In this document: piece after piece, positions 1-13,300 of the stretch
How positions within the stretch are numbered: position 1 is the stretch's first letter
How the letters are laid out: every line of letters starts with the position of its first letter
Assembly: GCF_004010195.1 (NCBI RefSeq)
Contig: NW_025215030.1
Location: 1 to 51,624, forward strand
Direction: 5' to 3'
DNA length: 51,624 nt
Source of the DNA: Chiloscyllium plagiosum
Taxonomy: Eukaryota
Translations under genes and position numbers: made by a program
Notes under the pieces: generated by a model
What the model was told of the DNA's origin: nothing
The model's database searches: none
What the model saw: the letters and a program-made list of their open reading frames with translations, nothing else

Positions 1-337
1 GATGGGCTTTGTAAAGTCAGTGCTCCGATCCTTGGCACACCCTCTGGCTGTTCCTACTCTGTTTTTAGGCACAGTGACTCCACTCAGCACCCACTCTCTG
101 CCTGGCTGACTCAGCAGGGGTGTGCCAAGCGGTGGTCAGTGTGTTGGGAATTTGTCTAAAATGGAGAATGTTATAAACACGCTAGTAAGCTGACATTGGC
201 ATTAATTCTCCACATGAGGGAACGTTCCCCCATATTCCTCTAACCTCATTCCCTTCCCCATTGCTCGATTACCAAGCTGCACCTTAAATACATCTCCACA
301 ATTCCTGTCAACTATTTCCTACTCCTCTCTGGGTAAA

Positions 338-482
338 GGCATGGTTGATCAGTGGTTAGCACTGCTGCCTCGCAGCGTCAGGGACCCGGGTTCGATTCCA
401 GCATCAGGTGACTGTCTGTGTGGGTTTCCTCCCACAGTCCAAAGGTGTGCAGGTTAGGTGGATTGGCCATGGGAAATTGTCC
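338..482 (+). mobile_element. HE1-type (V-SINE) tRNA-derived SINE, internally deleted and 3'-truncated
   Basis: A-box-like TGGTTGATCAGTGG, B box GGGTTCGATTCC (388-399), then GGTTTCCTCCCACAGTCCAAAGGTGTGCAGGTTAGGTGGATTGGCCAT. It aligns with the fuller copy at 37856-38159 (minus strand). Confidence 0.85.
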
Positions 483-1338
483 AGGGTGCTTTACCTGTAT
501 CCCCCTACTCCTTAGTTATAACTGGTTCACGTTCCTGAAGAAACTCGAGAAAGAATTAATATATTTAGAAGCGAAGGAAAGGGATGAAACTGGTTTGGAA
601 GAAGGTGGCAATAAAACCCGATGAAATACCAGATAAACATTGCAGTTCTGTCACAAGTTTTATAAATAGATGCAAGGCACTGAGTCAGCTTGTTACTCCC
701 CCAGTTCACAACGCTGCTGATTTGAGATTGGTTGCCGCAGAATAATCTGTCAGGCAGAGCTTTCTAACTCGATAACACAGGGAGGGGGTGAAGTAAGTGA
801 TGTGGGGGGGACAATCAGAAACAGATATCAGCTGTTTGAAGGAGAGCAGCATTGACATGTGCTGCCCTGGCTACACAAAGGATAGCGTTATATAAATCAC
901 CGTTACTGACTTCACCAGGAGGTGCCACATGAAAGACAGCATCATACAACCCAGCCATGCAGATACAGAATCAGCAGAACAGAGGCTATTCAGCCTCTCA
1001 AACCCGGGCTAGTTCACAGAGCAAACTGCAGAGTGAGGCTGGAGCAGCCGATGGTGCAAGATCCCTGACCAAGAATAAAATGGCAGGGGAGATTGTTGGG
1101 GGGGTGGGCCAGTGGGTAGAAGGGTGAGGCTGCTCTGAGAAGGGCAGATAGGCCTGCAAAGAGGGTTGTAACGGGTCGTAGAATGGGGGGAAAGCTGCAA
1201 AGTGAATGAGGGCCTGGACAGCAGGGAGAGGGGACGCAAAGGGGGCGGAGCTGTTAAAAAATGGAGACGACCTGCATAATGACAAGGAGGACCTGCCAAA
1301 ATGGGGAAAGGCCTCACAAATAGGATCAGCAGGCTGCA

Positions 1339-4300
1339 GGTCAGTCCCTGTGTGTATTATAGTGATGGTCAGTCCCTGTGTGTATTATAGTGATGGTCAG
1401 TCCCTGTGTGTATTATAGTGATGGTCAGTCCCTGTGTGTATTATAGTGATGGTCAGTCCCTGTGTGTATTATAGTGATGGTCAGTCCCTGTGTGTATTAT
1501 AGTGATGGTCAGTCCCTGTGTGTATTATAGTGATGGTCAGTCCCTGTGTGTATTATAGTGATGGTCAGTCCCTGTGTGTATTATAGTGATGGTCAGTCCC
1601 TGTGTGTATTATAGTGATGGTCAGTCCCTGTGTGTATTATAGTGATGGTCAGTCCCTGTGTGTATTATAGTGATGGTCAGTCCCTGTGTGTATTATAGTG
1701 ATGGTCAGTCCCTGTGTGTATTATAGTGATGGTCAGTCCCTGTGTGTATTATAGTGATGGTCAGTCCCTGTGTGTATTATAGTGATGGTCAGTCCCTGTG
1801 TGTATTATAGTGATGGTCAGTCCCTGTGTGTATTATAGTGATGGTCAGTCCCTGTGTGTATTATAGTGATGGTCAGTCCCTGTGTGTATTATAGTGATGG
1901 TCAGTCCCTGTGTGTATTATAGTGATGGTCAGTCCCTGTGTGTATTATAGTGATGGTCAGTCCCTGTGTGTATTATAGTGATGGTCAGTCCCTGTGTGTA
2001 TTATAGTGATGGTCAGTCCCTGTGTGTATTATAGTGATGGTCAGTCCCTGTGTGTATTATAGTGATGGTCAGTCCCTGTGTGTATTATAGTGATGGTCAG
2101 TCCCTGTGTGTATTATAGTGATGGTCAGTCCCTGTGTGTATTATAGTGATGGTCAGTCCCTGTGTGTATTATAGTGATGGTCAGTCCCTGTGTGTATTAT
2201 AGTGATGGTCAGTCCCTGTGTGTATTATAGTGATGGTCAGTCCCTGTGTGTATTATAGTGATGGTCAGTCCCTGTGTGTATTATAGTGATGGTCAGTCCC
2301 TGTGTGTATTATAGTGATGGTCAGTCCCTGTGTGTATTATAGTGATGGTCAGTCCCTGTGTGTATTATAGTGATGGTCAGTCCCTGTGTGTATTATAGTG
2401 ATGGTCAGTCCCTGTGTGTATTATAGTGATGGTCAGTCCCTGTGTGTATTATAGTGATGGTCAGTCCCTGTGTGTATTATAGTGATGGTCAGTCCCTGTG
2501 TGTATTATAGTGATGGTCAGTCCCTGTGTGTATTATAGTGATGGTCAGTCCCTGTGTGTATTATAGTGATGGTCAGTCCCTGTGTGTATTATAGTGATGG
2601 TCAGTCCCTGTGTGTATTATAGTGATGGTCAGTCCCTGTGTGTATTATAGTGATGGTCAGTCCCTGTGTGTATTATAGTGATGGTCAGTCCCTGTGTGTA
2701 TTATAGTGATGGTCAGTCCCTGTGTGTATTATAGTGATGGTCAGTCCCTGTGTGTATTATAGTGATGGTCAGTCCCTGTGTGTATTATAGTGATGGTCAG
2801 TCCCTGTGTGTATTATAGTGATGGTCAGTCCCTGTGTGTATTATAGTGATGGTCAGTCCCTGTGTGTATTATAGTGATGGTCAGTCCCTGTGTGTATTAT
2901 AGTGATGGTCAGTCCCTGTGTGTATTATAGTGATGGTCAGTCCCTGTGTGTATTATAGTGATGGTCAGTCCCTGTGTGTATTATAGTGATGGTCAGTCCC
3001 TGTGTGTATTATAGTGATGGTCAGTCCCTGTGTGTATTATAGTGATGGTCAGTCCCTGTGTGTATTATAGTGATGGTCAGTCCCTGTGTGTATTATAGTG
3101 ATGGTCAGTCCCTGTGTGTATTATAGTGATGGTCAGTCCCTGTGTGTATTATAGTGATGGTCAGTCCCTGTGTGTATTATAGTGATGGTCAGTCCCTGTG
3201 TGTATTATAGTGATGGTCAGTCCCTGTGTGTATTATAGTGATGGTCAGTCCCTGTGTGTATTATAGTGATGGTCAGTCCCTGTGTGTATTATAGTGATGG
3301 TCAGTCCCTGTGTGTATTATAGTGATGGTCAGTCCCTGTGTGTATTATAGTGATGGTCAGTCCCTGTGTGTATTATAGTGATGGTCAGTCCCTGTGTGTA
3401 TTATAGTGATGGTCAGTCCCTGTGTGTATTATAGTGATGGTCAGTCCCTGTGTGTATTATAGTGATGGTCAGTCCCTGTGTGTATTATAGTGATGGTCAG
3501 TCCCTGTGTGTATTATAGTGATGGTCAGTCCCTGTGTGTATTATAGTGATGGTCAGTCCCTGTGTGTATTATAGTGATGGTCAGTCCCTGTGTGTATTAT
3601 AGTGATGGTCAGTCCCTGTGTGTATTATAGTGATGGTCAGTCCCTGTGTGTATTATAGTGATGGTCAGTCCCTGTGTGTATTATAGTGATGGTCAGTCCC
3701 TGTGTGTATTATAGTGATGGTCAGTCCCTGTGTGTATTATAGTGATGGTCAGTCCCTGTGTGTATTATAGTGATGGTCAGTCCCTGTGTGTATTATAGTG
3801 ATGGTCAGTCCCTGTGTGTATTATAGTGATGGTCAGTCCCTGTGTGTATTATAGTGATGGTCAGTCCCTGTGTGTATTATAGTGATGGTCAGTCCCTGTG
3901 TGTATTATAGTGATGGTCAGTCCCTGTGTGTATTATAGTGATGGTCAGTCCCTGTGTGTATTATAGTGATGGTCAGTCCCTGTGTGTATTATAGTGATGG
4001 TCAGTCCCTGTGTGTATTATAGTGATGGTCAGTCCCTGTGTGTATTATAGTGATGGTCAGTCCCTGTGTGTATTATAGTGATGGTCAGTCCCTGTGTGTA
4101 TTATAGTGATGGTCAGTCCCTGTGTGTATTATAGTGATGGTCAGTCCCTGTGTGTATTATAGTGATGGTCAGTCCCTGTGTGTATTATAGTGATGGTCAG
4201 TCCCTGTGTGTATTATAGTGATGGTCAGTCCCTGTGTGTATTATAGTGATGGTCAGTCCCTGTGTGTATTATAGTGATGGTCAGTCCCTGTGTGTATTAT

Positions 4301-7300
4301 AGTGATGGTCAGTCCCTGTGTGTATTATAGTGATGGTCAGTCCCTGTGTGTATTATAGTGATGGTCAGTCCCTGTGTGTATTATAGTGATGGTCAGTCCC
4401 TGTGTGTATTATAGTGATGGTCAGTCCCTGTGTGTATTATAGTGATGGTCAGTCCCTGTGTGTATTATAGTGATGGTCAGTCCCTGTGTGTATTATAGTG
4501 ATGGTCAGTCCCTGTGTGTATTATAGTGATGGTCAGTCCCTGTGTGTATTATAGTGATGGTCAGTCCCTGTGTGTATTATAGTGATGGTCAGTCCCTGTG
4601 TGTATTATAGTGATGGTCAGTCCCTGTGTGTATTATAGTGATGGTCAGTCCCTGTGTGTATTATAGTGATGGTCAGTCCCTGTGTGTATTATAGTGATGG
4701 TCAGTCCCTGTGTGTATTATAGTGATGGTCAGTCCCTGTGTGTATTATAGTGATGGTCAGTCCCTGTGTGTATTATAGTGATGGTCAGTCCCTGTGTGTA
4801 TTATAGTGATGGTCAGTCCCTGTGTGTATTATAGTGATGGTCAGTCCCTGTGTGTATTATAGTGATGGTCAGTCCCTGTGTGTATTATAGTGATGGTCAG
4901 TCCCTGTGTGTATTATAGTGATGGTCAGTCCCTGTGTGTATTATAGTGATGGTCAGTCCCTGTGTGTATTATAGTGATGGTCAGTCCCTGTGTGTATTAT
5001 AGTGATGGTCAGTCCCTGTGTGTATTATAGTGATGGTCAGTCCCTGTGTGTATTATAGTGATGGTCAGTCCCTGTGTGTATTATAGTGATGGTCAGTCCC
5101 TGTGTGTATTATAGTGATGGTCAGTCCCTGTGTGTATTATAGTGATGGTCAGTCCCTGTGTGTATTATAGTGATGGTCAGTCCCTGTGTGTATTATAGTG
5201 ATGGTCAGTCCCTGTGTGTATTATAGTGATGGTCAGTCCCTGTGTGTATTATAGTGATGGTCAGTCCCTGTGTGTATTATAGTGATGGTCAGTCCCTGTG
5301 TGTATTATAGTGATGGTCAGTCCCTGTGTGTATTATAGTGATGGTCAGTCCCTGTGTGTATTATAGTGATGGTCAGTCCCTGTGTGTATTATAGTGATGG
5401 TCAGTCCCTGTGTGTATTATAGTGATGGTCAGTCCCTGTGTGTATTATAGTGATGGTCAGTCCCTGTGTGTATTATAGTGATGGTCAGTCCCTGTGTGTA
5501 TTATAGTGATGGTCAGTCCCTGTGTGTATTATAGTGATGGTCAGTCCCTGTGTGTATTATAGTGATGGTCAGTCCCTGTGTGTATTATAGTGATGGTCAG
5601 TCCCTGTGTGTATTATAGTGATGGTCAGTCCCTGTGTGTATTATAGTGATGGTCAGTCCCTGTGTGTATTATAGTGATGGTCAGTCCCTGTGTGTATTAT
5701 AGTGATGGTCAGTCCCTGTGTGTATTATAGTGATGGTCAGTCCCTGTGTGTATTATAGTGATGGTCAGTCCCTGTGTGTATTATAGTGATGGTCAGTCCC
5801 TGTGTGTATTATAGTGATGGTCAGTCCCTGTGTGTATTATAGTGATGGTCAGTCCCTGTGTGTATTATAGTGATGGTCAGTCCCTGTGTGTATTATAGTG
5901 ATGGTCAGTCCCTGTGTGTATTATAGTGATGGTCAGTCCCTGTGTGTATTATAGTGATGGTCAGTCCCTGTGTGTATTATAGTGATGGTCAGTCCCTGTG
6001 TGTATTATAGTGATGGTCAGTCCCTGTGTGTATTATAGTGATGGTCAGTCCCTGTGTGTATTATAGTGATGGTCAGTCCCTGTGTGTATTATAGTGATGG
6101 TCAGTCCCTGTGTGTATTATAGTGATGGTCAGTCCCTGTGTGTATTATAGTGATGGTCAGTCCCTGTGTGTATTATAGTGATGGTCAGTCCCTGTGTGTA
6201 TTATAGTGATGGTCAGTCCCTGTGTGTATTATAGTGATGGTCAGTCCCTGTGTGTATTATAGTGATGGTCAGTCCCTGTGTGTATTATAGTGATGGTCAG
6301 TCCCTGTGTGTATTATAGTGATGGTCAGTCCCTGTGTGTATTATAGTGATGGTCAGTCCCTGTGTGTATTATAGTGATGGTCAGTCCCTGTGTGTATTAT
6401 AGTGATGGTCAGTCCCTGTGTGTATTATAGTGATGGTCAGTCCCTGTGTGTATTATAGTGATGGTCAGTCCCTGTGTGTATTATAGTGATGGTCAGTCCC
6501 TGTGTGTATTATAGTGATGGTCAGTCCCTGTGTGTATTATAGTGATGGTCAGTCCCTGTGTGTATTATAGTGATGGTCAGTCCCTGTGTGTATTATAGTG
6601 ATGGTCAGTCCCTGTGTGTATTATAGTGATGGTCAGTCCCTGTGTGTATTATAGTGATGGTCAGTCCCTGTGTGTATTATAGTGATGGTCAGTCCCTGTG
6701 TGTATTATAGTGATGGTCAGTCCCTGTGTGTATTATAGTGATGGTCAGTCCCTGTGTGTATTATAGTGATGGTCAGTCCCTGTGTGTATTATAGTGATGG
6801 TCAGTCCCTGTGTGTATTATAGTGATGGTCAGTCCCTGTGTGTATTATAGTGATGGTCAGTCCCTGTGTGTATTATAGTGATGGTCAGTCCCTGTGTGTA
6901 TTATAGTGATGGTCAGTCCCTGTGTGTATTATAGTGATGGTCAGTCCCTGTGTGTATTATAGTGATGGTCAGTCCCTGTGTGTATTATAGTGATGGTCAG
7001 TCCCTGTGTGTATTATAGTGATGGTCAGTCCCTGTGTGTATTATAGTGATGGTCAGTCCCTGTGTGTATTATAGTGATGGTCAGTCCCTGTGTGTATTAT
7101 AGTGATGGTCAGTCCCTGTGTGTATTATAGTGATGGTCAGTCCCTGTGTGTATTATAGTGATGGTCAGTCCCTGTGTGTATTATAGTGATGGTCAGTCCC
7201 TGTGTGTATTATAGTGATGGTCAGTCCCTGTGTGTATTATAGTGATGGTCAGTCCCTGTGTGTATTATAGTGATGGTCAGTCCCTGTGTGTATTATAGTG

Positions 7301-10300
7301 ATGGTCAGTCCCTGTGTGTATTATAGTGATGGTCAGTCCCTGTGTGTATTATAGTGATGGTCAGTCCCTGTGTGTATTATAGTGATGGTCAGTCCCTGTG
7401 TGTATTATAGTGATGGTCAGTCCCTGTGTGTATTATAGTGATGGTCAGTCCCTGTGTGTATTATAGTGATGGTCAGTCCCTGTGTGTATTATAGTGATGG
7501 TCAGTCCCTGTGTGTATTATAGTGATGGTCAGTCCCTGTGTGTATTATAGTGATGGTCAGTCCCTGTGTGTATTATAGTGATGGTCAGTCCCTGTGTGTA
7601 TTATAGTGATGGTCAGTCCCTGTGTGTATTATAGTGATGGTCAGTCCCTGTGTGTATTATAGTGATGGTCAGTCCCTGTGTGTATTATAGTGATGGTCAG
7701 TCCCTGTGTGTATTATAGTGATGGTCAGTCCCTGTGTGTATTATAGTGATGGTCAGTCCCTGTGTGTATTATAGTGATGGTCAGTCCCTGTGTGTATTAT
7801 AGTGATGGTCAGTCCCTGTGTGTATTATAGTGATGGTCAGTCCCTGTGTGTATTATAGTGATGGTCAGTCCCTGTGTGTATTATAGTGATGGTCAGTCCC
7901 TGTGTGTATTATAGTGATGGTCAGTCCCTGTGTGTATTATAGTGATGGTCAGTCCCTGTGTGTATTATAGTGATGGTCAGTCCCTGTGTGTATTATAGTG
8001 ATGGTCAGTCCCTGTGTGTATTATAGTGATGGTCAGTCCCTGTGTGTATTATAGTGATGGTCAGTCCCTGTGTGTATTATAGTGATGGTCAGTCCCTGTG
8101 TGTATTATAGTGATGGTCAGTCCCTGTGTGTATTATAGTGATGGTCAGTCCCTGTGTGTATTATAGTGATGGTCAGTCCCTGTGTGTATTATAGTGATGG
8201 TCAGTCCCTGTGTGTATTATAGTGATGGTCAGTCCCTGTGTGTATTATAGTGATGGTCAGTCCCTGTGTGTATTATAGTGATGGTCAGTCCCTGTGTGTA
8301 TTATAGTGATGGTCAGTCCCTGTGTGTATTATAGTGATGGTCAGTCCCTGTGTGTATTATAGTGATGGTCAGTCCCTGTGTGTATTATAGTGATGGTCAG
8401 TCCCTGTGTGTATTATAGTGATGGTCAGTCCCTGTGTGTATTATAGTGATGGTCAGTCCCTGTGTGTATTATAGTGATGGTCAGTCCCTGTGTGTATTAT
8501 AGTGATGGTCAGTCCCTGTGTGTATTATAGTGATGGTCAGTCCCTGTGTGTATTATAGTGATGGTCAGTCCCTGTGTGTATTATAGTGATGGTCAGTCCC
8601 TGTGTGTATTATAGTGATGGTCAGTCCCTGTGTGTATTATAGTGATGGTCAGTCCCTGTGTGTATTATAGTGATGGTCAGTCCCTGTGTGTATTATAGTG
8701 ATGGTCAGTCCCTGTGTGTATTATAGTGATGGTCAGTCCCTGTGTGTATTATAGTGATGGTCAGTCCCTGTGTGTATTATAGTGATGGTCAGTCCCTGTG
8801 TGTATTATAGTGATGGTCAGTCCCTGTGTGTATTATAGTGATGGTCAGTCCCTGTGTGTATTATAGTGATGGTCAGTCCCTGTGTGTATTATAGTGATGG
8901 TCAGTCCCTGTGTGTATTATAGTGATGGTCAGTCCCTGTGTGTATTATAGTGATGGTCAGTCCCTGTGTGTATTATAGTGATGGTCAGTCCCTGTGTGTA
9001 TTATAGTGATGGTCAGTCCCTGTGTGTATTATAGTGATGGTCAGTCCCTGTGTGTATTATAGTGATGGTCAGTCCCTGTGTGTATTATAGTGATGGTCAG
9101 TCCCTGTGTGTATTATAGTGATGGTCAGTCCCTGTGTGTATTATAGTGATGGTCAGTCCCTGTGTGTATTATAGTGATGGTCAGTCCCTGTGTGTATTAT
9201 AGTGATGGTCAGTCCCTGTGTGTATTATAGTGATGGTCAGTCCCTGTGTGTATTATAGTGATGGTCAGTCCCTGTGTGTATTATAGTGATGGTCAGTCCC
9301 TGTGTGTATTATAGTGATGGTCAGTCCCTGTGTGTATTATAGTGATGGTCAGTCCCTGTGTGTATTATAGTGATGGTCAGTCCCTGTGTGTATTATAGTG
9401 ATGGTCAGTCCCTGTGTGTATTATAGTGATGGTCAGTCCCTGTGTGTATTATAGTGATGGTCAGTCCCTGTGTGTATTATAGTGATGGTCAGTCCCTGTG
9501 TGTATTATAGTGATGGTCAGTCCCTGTGTGTATTATAGTGATGGTCAGTCCCTGTGTGTATTATAGTGATGGTCAGTCCCTGTGTGTATTATAGTGATGG
9601 TCAGTCCCTGTGTGTATTATAGTGATGGTCAGTCCCTGTGTGTATTATAGTGATGGTCAGTCCCTGTGTGTATTATAGTGATGGTCAGTCCCTGTGTGTA
9701 TTATAGTGATGGTCAGTCCCTGTGTGTATTATAGTGATGGTCAGTCCCTGTGTGTATTATAGTGATGGTCAGTCCCTGTGTGTATTATAGTGATGGTCAG
9801 TCCCTGTGTGTATTATAGTGATGGTCAGTCCCTGTGTGTATTATAGTGATGGTCAGTCCCTGTGTGTATTATAGTGATGGTCAGTCCCTGTGTGTATTAT
9901 AGTGATGGTCAGTCCCTGTGTGTATTATAGTGATGGTCAGTCCCTGTGTGTATTATAGTGATGGTCAGTCCCTGTGTGTATTATAGTGATGGTCAGTCCC
10001 TGTGTGTATTATAGTGATGGTCAGTCCCTGTGTGTATTATAGTGATGGTCAGTCCCTGTGTGTATTATAGTGATGGTCAGTCCCTGTGTGTATTATAGTG
10101 ATGGTCAGTCCCTGTGTGTATTATAGTGATGGTCAGTCCCTGTGTGTATTATAGTGATGGTCAGTCCCTGTGTGTATTATAGTGATGGTCAGTCCCTGTG
10201 TGTATTATAGTGATGGTCAGTCCCTGTGTGTATTATAGTGATGGTCAGTCCCTGTGTGTATTATAGTGATGGTCAGTCCCTGTGTGTATTATAGTGATGG

Positions 10301-13300
10301 TCAGTCCCTGTGTGTATTATAGTGATGGTCAGTCCCTGTGTGTATTATAGTGATGGTCAGTCCCTGTGTGTATTATAGTGATGGTCAGTCCCTGTGTGTA
10401 TTATAGTGATGGTCAGTCCCTGTGTGTATTATAGTGATGGTCAGTCCCTGTGTGTATTATAGTGATGGTCAGTCCCTGTGTGTATTATAGTGATGGTCAG
10501 TCCCTGTGTGTATTATAGTGATGGTCAGTCCCTGTGTGTATTATAGTGATGGTCAGTCCCTGTGTGTATTATAGTGATGGTCAGTCCCTGTGTGTATTAT
10601 AGTGATGGTCAGTCCCTGTGTGTATTATAGTGATGGTCAGTCCCTGTGTGTATTATAGTGATGGTCAGTCCCTGTGTGTATTATAGTGATGGTCAGTCCC
10701 TGTGTGTATTATAGTGATGGTCAGTCCCTGTGTGTATTATAGTGATGGTCAGTCCCTGTGTGTATTATAGTGATGGTCAGTCCCTGTGTGTATTATAGTG
10801 ATGGTCAGTCCCTGTGTGTATTATAGTGATGGTCAGTCCCTGTGTGTATTATAGTGATGGTCAGTCCCTGTGTGTATTATAGTGATGGTCAGTCCCTGTG
10901 TGTATTATAGTGATGGTCAGTCCCTGTGTGTATTATAGTGATGGTCAGTCCCTGTGTGTATTATAGTGATGGTCAGTCCCTGTGTGTATTATAGTGATGG
11001 TCAGTCCCTGTGTGTATTATAGTGATGGTCAGTCCCTGTGTGTATTATAGTGATGGTCAGTCCCTGTGTGTATTATAGTGATGGTCAGTCCCTGTGTGTA
11101 TTATAGTGATGGTCAGTCCCTGTGTGTATTATAGTGATGGTCAGTCCCTGTGTGTATTATAGTGATGGTCAGTCCCTGTGTGTATTATAGTGATGGTCAG
11201 TCCCTGTGTGTATTATAGTGATGGTCAGTCCCTGTGTGTATTATAGTGATGGTCAGTCCCTGTGTGTATTATAGTGATGGTCAGTCCCTGTGTGTATTAT
11301 AGTGATGGTCAGTCCCTGTGTGTATTATAGTGATGGTCAGTCCCTGTGTGTATTATAGTGATGGTCAGTCCCTGTGTGTATTATAGTGATGGTCAGTCCC
11401 TGTGTGTATTATAGTGATGGTCAGTCCCTGTGTGTATTATAGTGATGGTCAGTCCCTGTGTGTATTATAGTGATGGTCAGTCCCTGTGTGTATTATAGTG
11501 ATGGTCAGTCCCTGTGTGTATTATAGTGATGGTCAGTCCCTGTGTGTATTATAGTGATGGTCAGTCCCTGTGTGTATTATAGTGATGGTCAGTCCCTGTG
11601 TGTATTATAGTGATGGTCAGTCCCTGTGTGTATTATAGTGATGGTCAGTCCCTGTGTGTATTATAGTGATGGTCAGTCCCTGTGTGTATTATAGTGATGG
11701 TCAGTCCCTGTGTGTATTATAGTGATGGTCAGTCCCTGTGTGTATTATAGTGATGGTCAGTCCCTGTGTGTATTATAGTGATGGTCAGTCCCTGTGTGTA
11801 TTATAGTGATGGTCAGTCCCTGTGTGTATTATAGTGATGGTCAGTCCCTGTGTGTATTATAGTGATGGTCAGTCCCTGTGTGTATTATAGTGATGGTCAG
11901 TCCCTGTGTGTATTATAGTGATGGTCAGTCCCTGTGTGTATTATAGTGATGGTCAGTCCCTGTGTGTATTATAGTGATGGTCAGTCCCTGTGTGTATTAT
12001 AGTGATGGTCAGTCCCTGTGTGTATTATAGTGATGGTCAGTCCCTGTGTGTATTATAGTGATGGTCAGTCCCTGTGTGTATTATAGTGATGGTCAGTCCC
12101 TGTGTGTATTATAGTGATGGTCAGTCCCTGTGTGTATTATAGTGATGGTCAGTCCCTGTGTGTATTATAGTGATGGTCAGTCCCTGTGTGTATTATAGTG
12201 ATGGTCAGTCCCTGTGTGTATTATAGTGATGGTCAGTCCCTGTGTGTATTATAGTGATGGTCAGTCCCTGTGTGTATTATAGTGATGGTCAGTCCCTGTG
12301 TGTATTATAGTGATGGTCAGTCCCTGTGTGTATTATAGTGATGGTCAGTCCCTGTGTGTATTATAGTGATGGTCAGTCCCTGTGTGTATTATAGTGATGG
12401 TCAGTCCCTGTGTGTATTATAGTGATGGTCAGTCCCTGTGTGTATTATAGTGATGGTCAGTCCCTGTGTGTATTATAGTGATGGTCAGTCCCTGTGTGTA
12501 TTATAGTGATGGTCAGTCCCTGTGTGTATTATAGTGATGGTCAGTCCCTGTGTGTATTATAGTGATGGTCAGTCCCTGTGTGTATTATAGTGATGGTCAG
12601 TCCCTGTGTGTATTATAGTGATGGTCAGTCCCTGTGTGTATTATAGTGATGGTCAGTCCCTGTGTGTATTATAGTGATGGTCAGTCCCTGTGTGTATTAT
12701 AGTGATGGTCAGTCCCTGTGTGTATTATAGTGATGGTCAGTCCCTGTGTGTATTATAGTGATGGTCAGTCCCTGTGTGTATTATAGTGATGGTCAGTCCC
12801 TGTGTGTATTATAGTGATGGTCAGTCCCTGTGTGTATTATAGTGATGGTCAGTCCCTGTGTGTATTATAGTGATGGTCAGTCCCTGTGTGTATTATAGTG
12901 ATGGTCAGTCCCTGTGTGTATTATAGTGATGGTCAGTCCCTGTGTGTATTATAGTGATGGTCAGTCCCTGTGTGTATTATAGTGATGGTCAGTCCCTGTG
13001 TGTATTATAGTGATGGTCAGTCCCTGTGTGTATTATAGTGATGGTCAGTCCCTGTGTGTATTATAGTGATGGTCAGTCCCTGTGTGTATTATAGTGATGG
13101 TCAGTCCCTGTGTGTATTATAGTGATGGTCAGTCCCTGTGTGTATTATAGTGATGGTCAGTCCCTGTGTGTATTATAGTGATGGTCAGTCCCTGTGTGTA
13201 TTATAGTGATGGTCAGTCCCTGTGTGTATTATAGTGATGGTCAGTCCCTGTGTGTATTATAGTGATGGTCAGTCCCTGTGTGTATTATAGTGATGGTCAG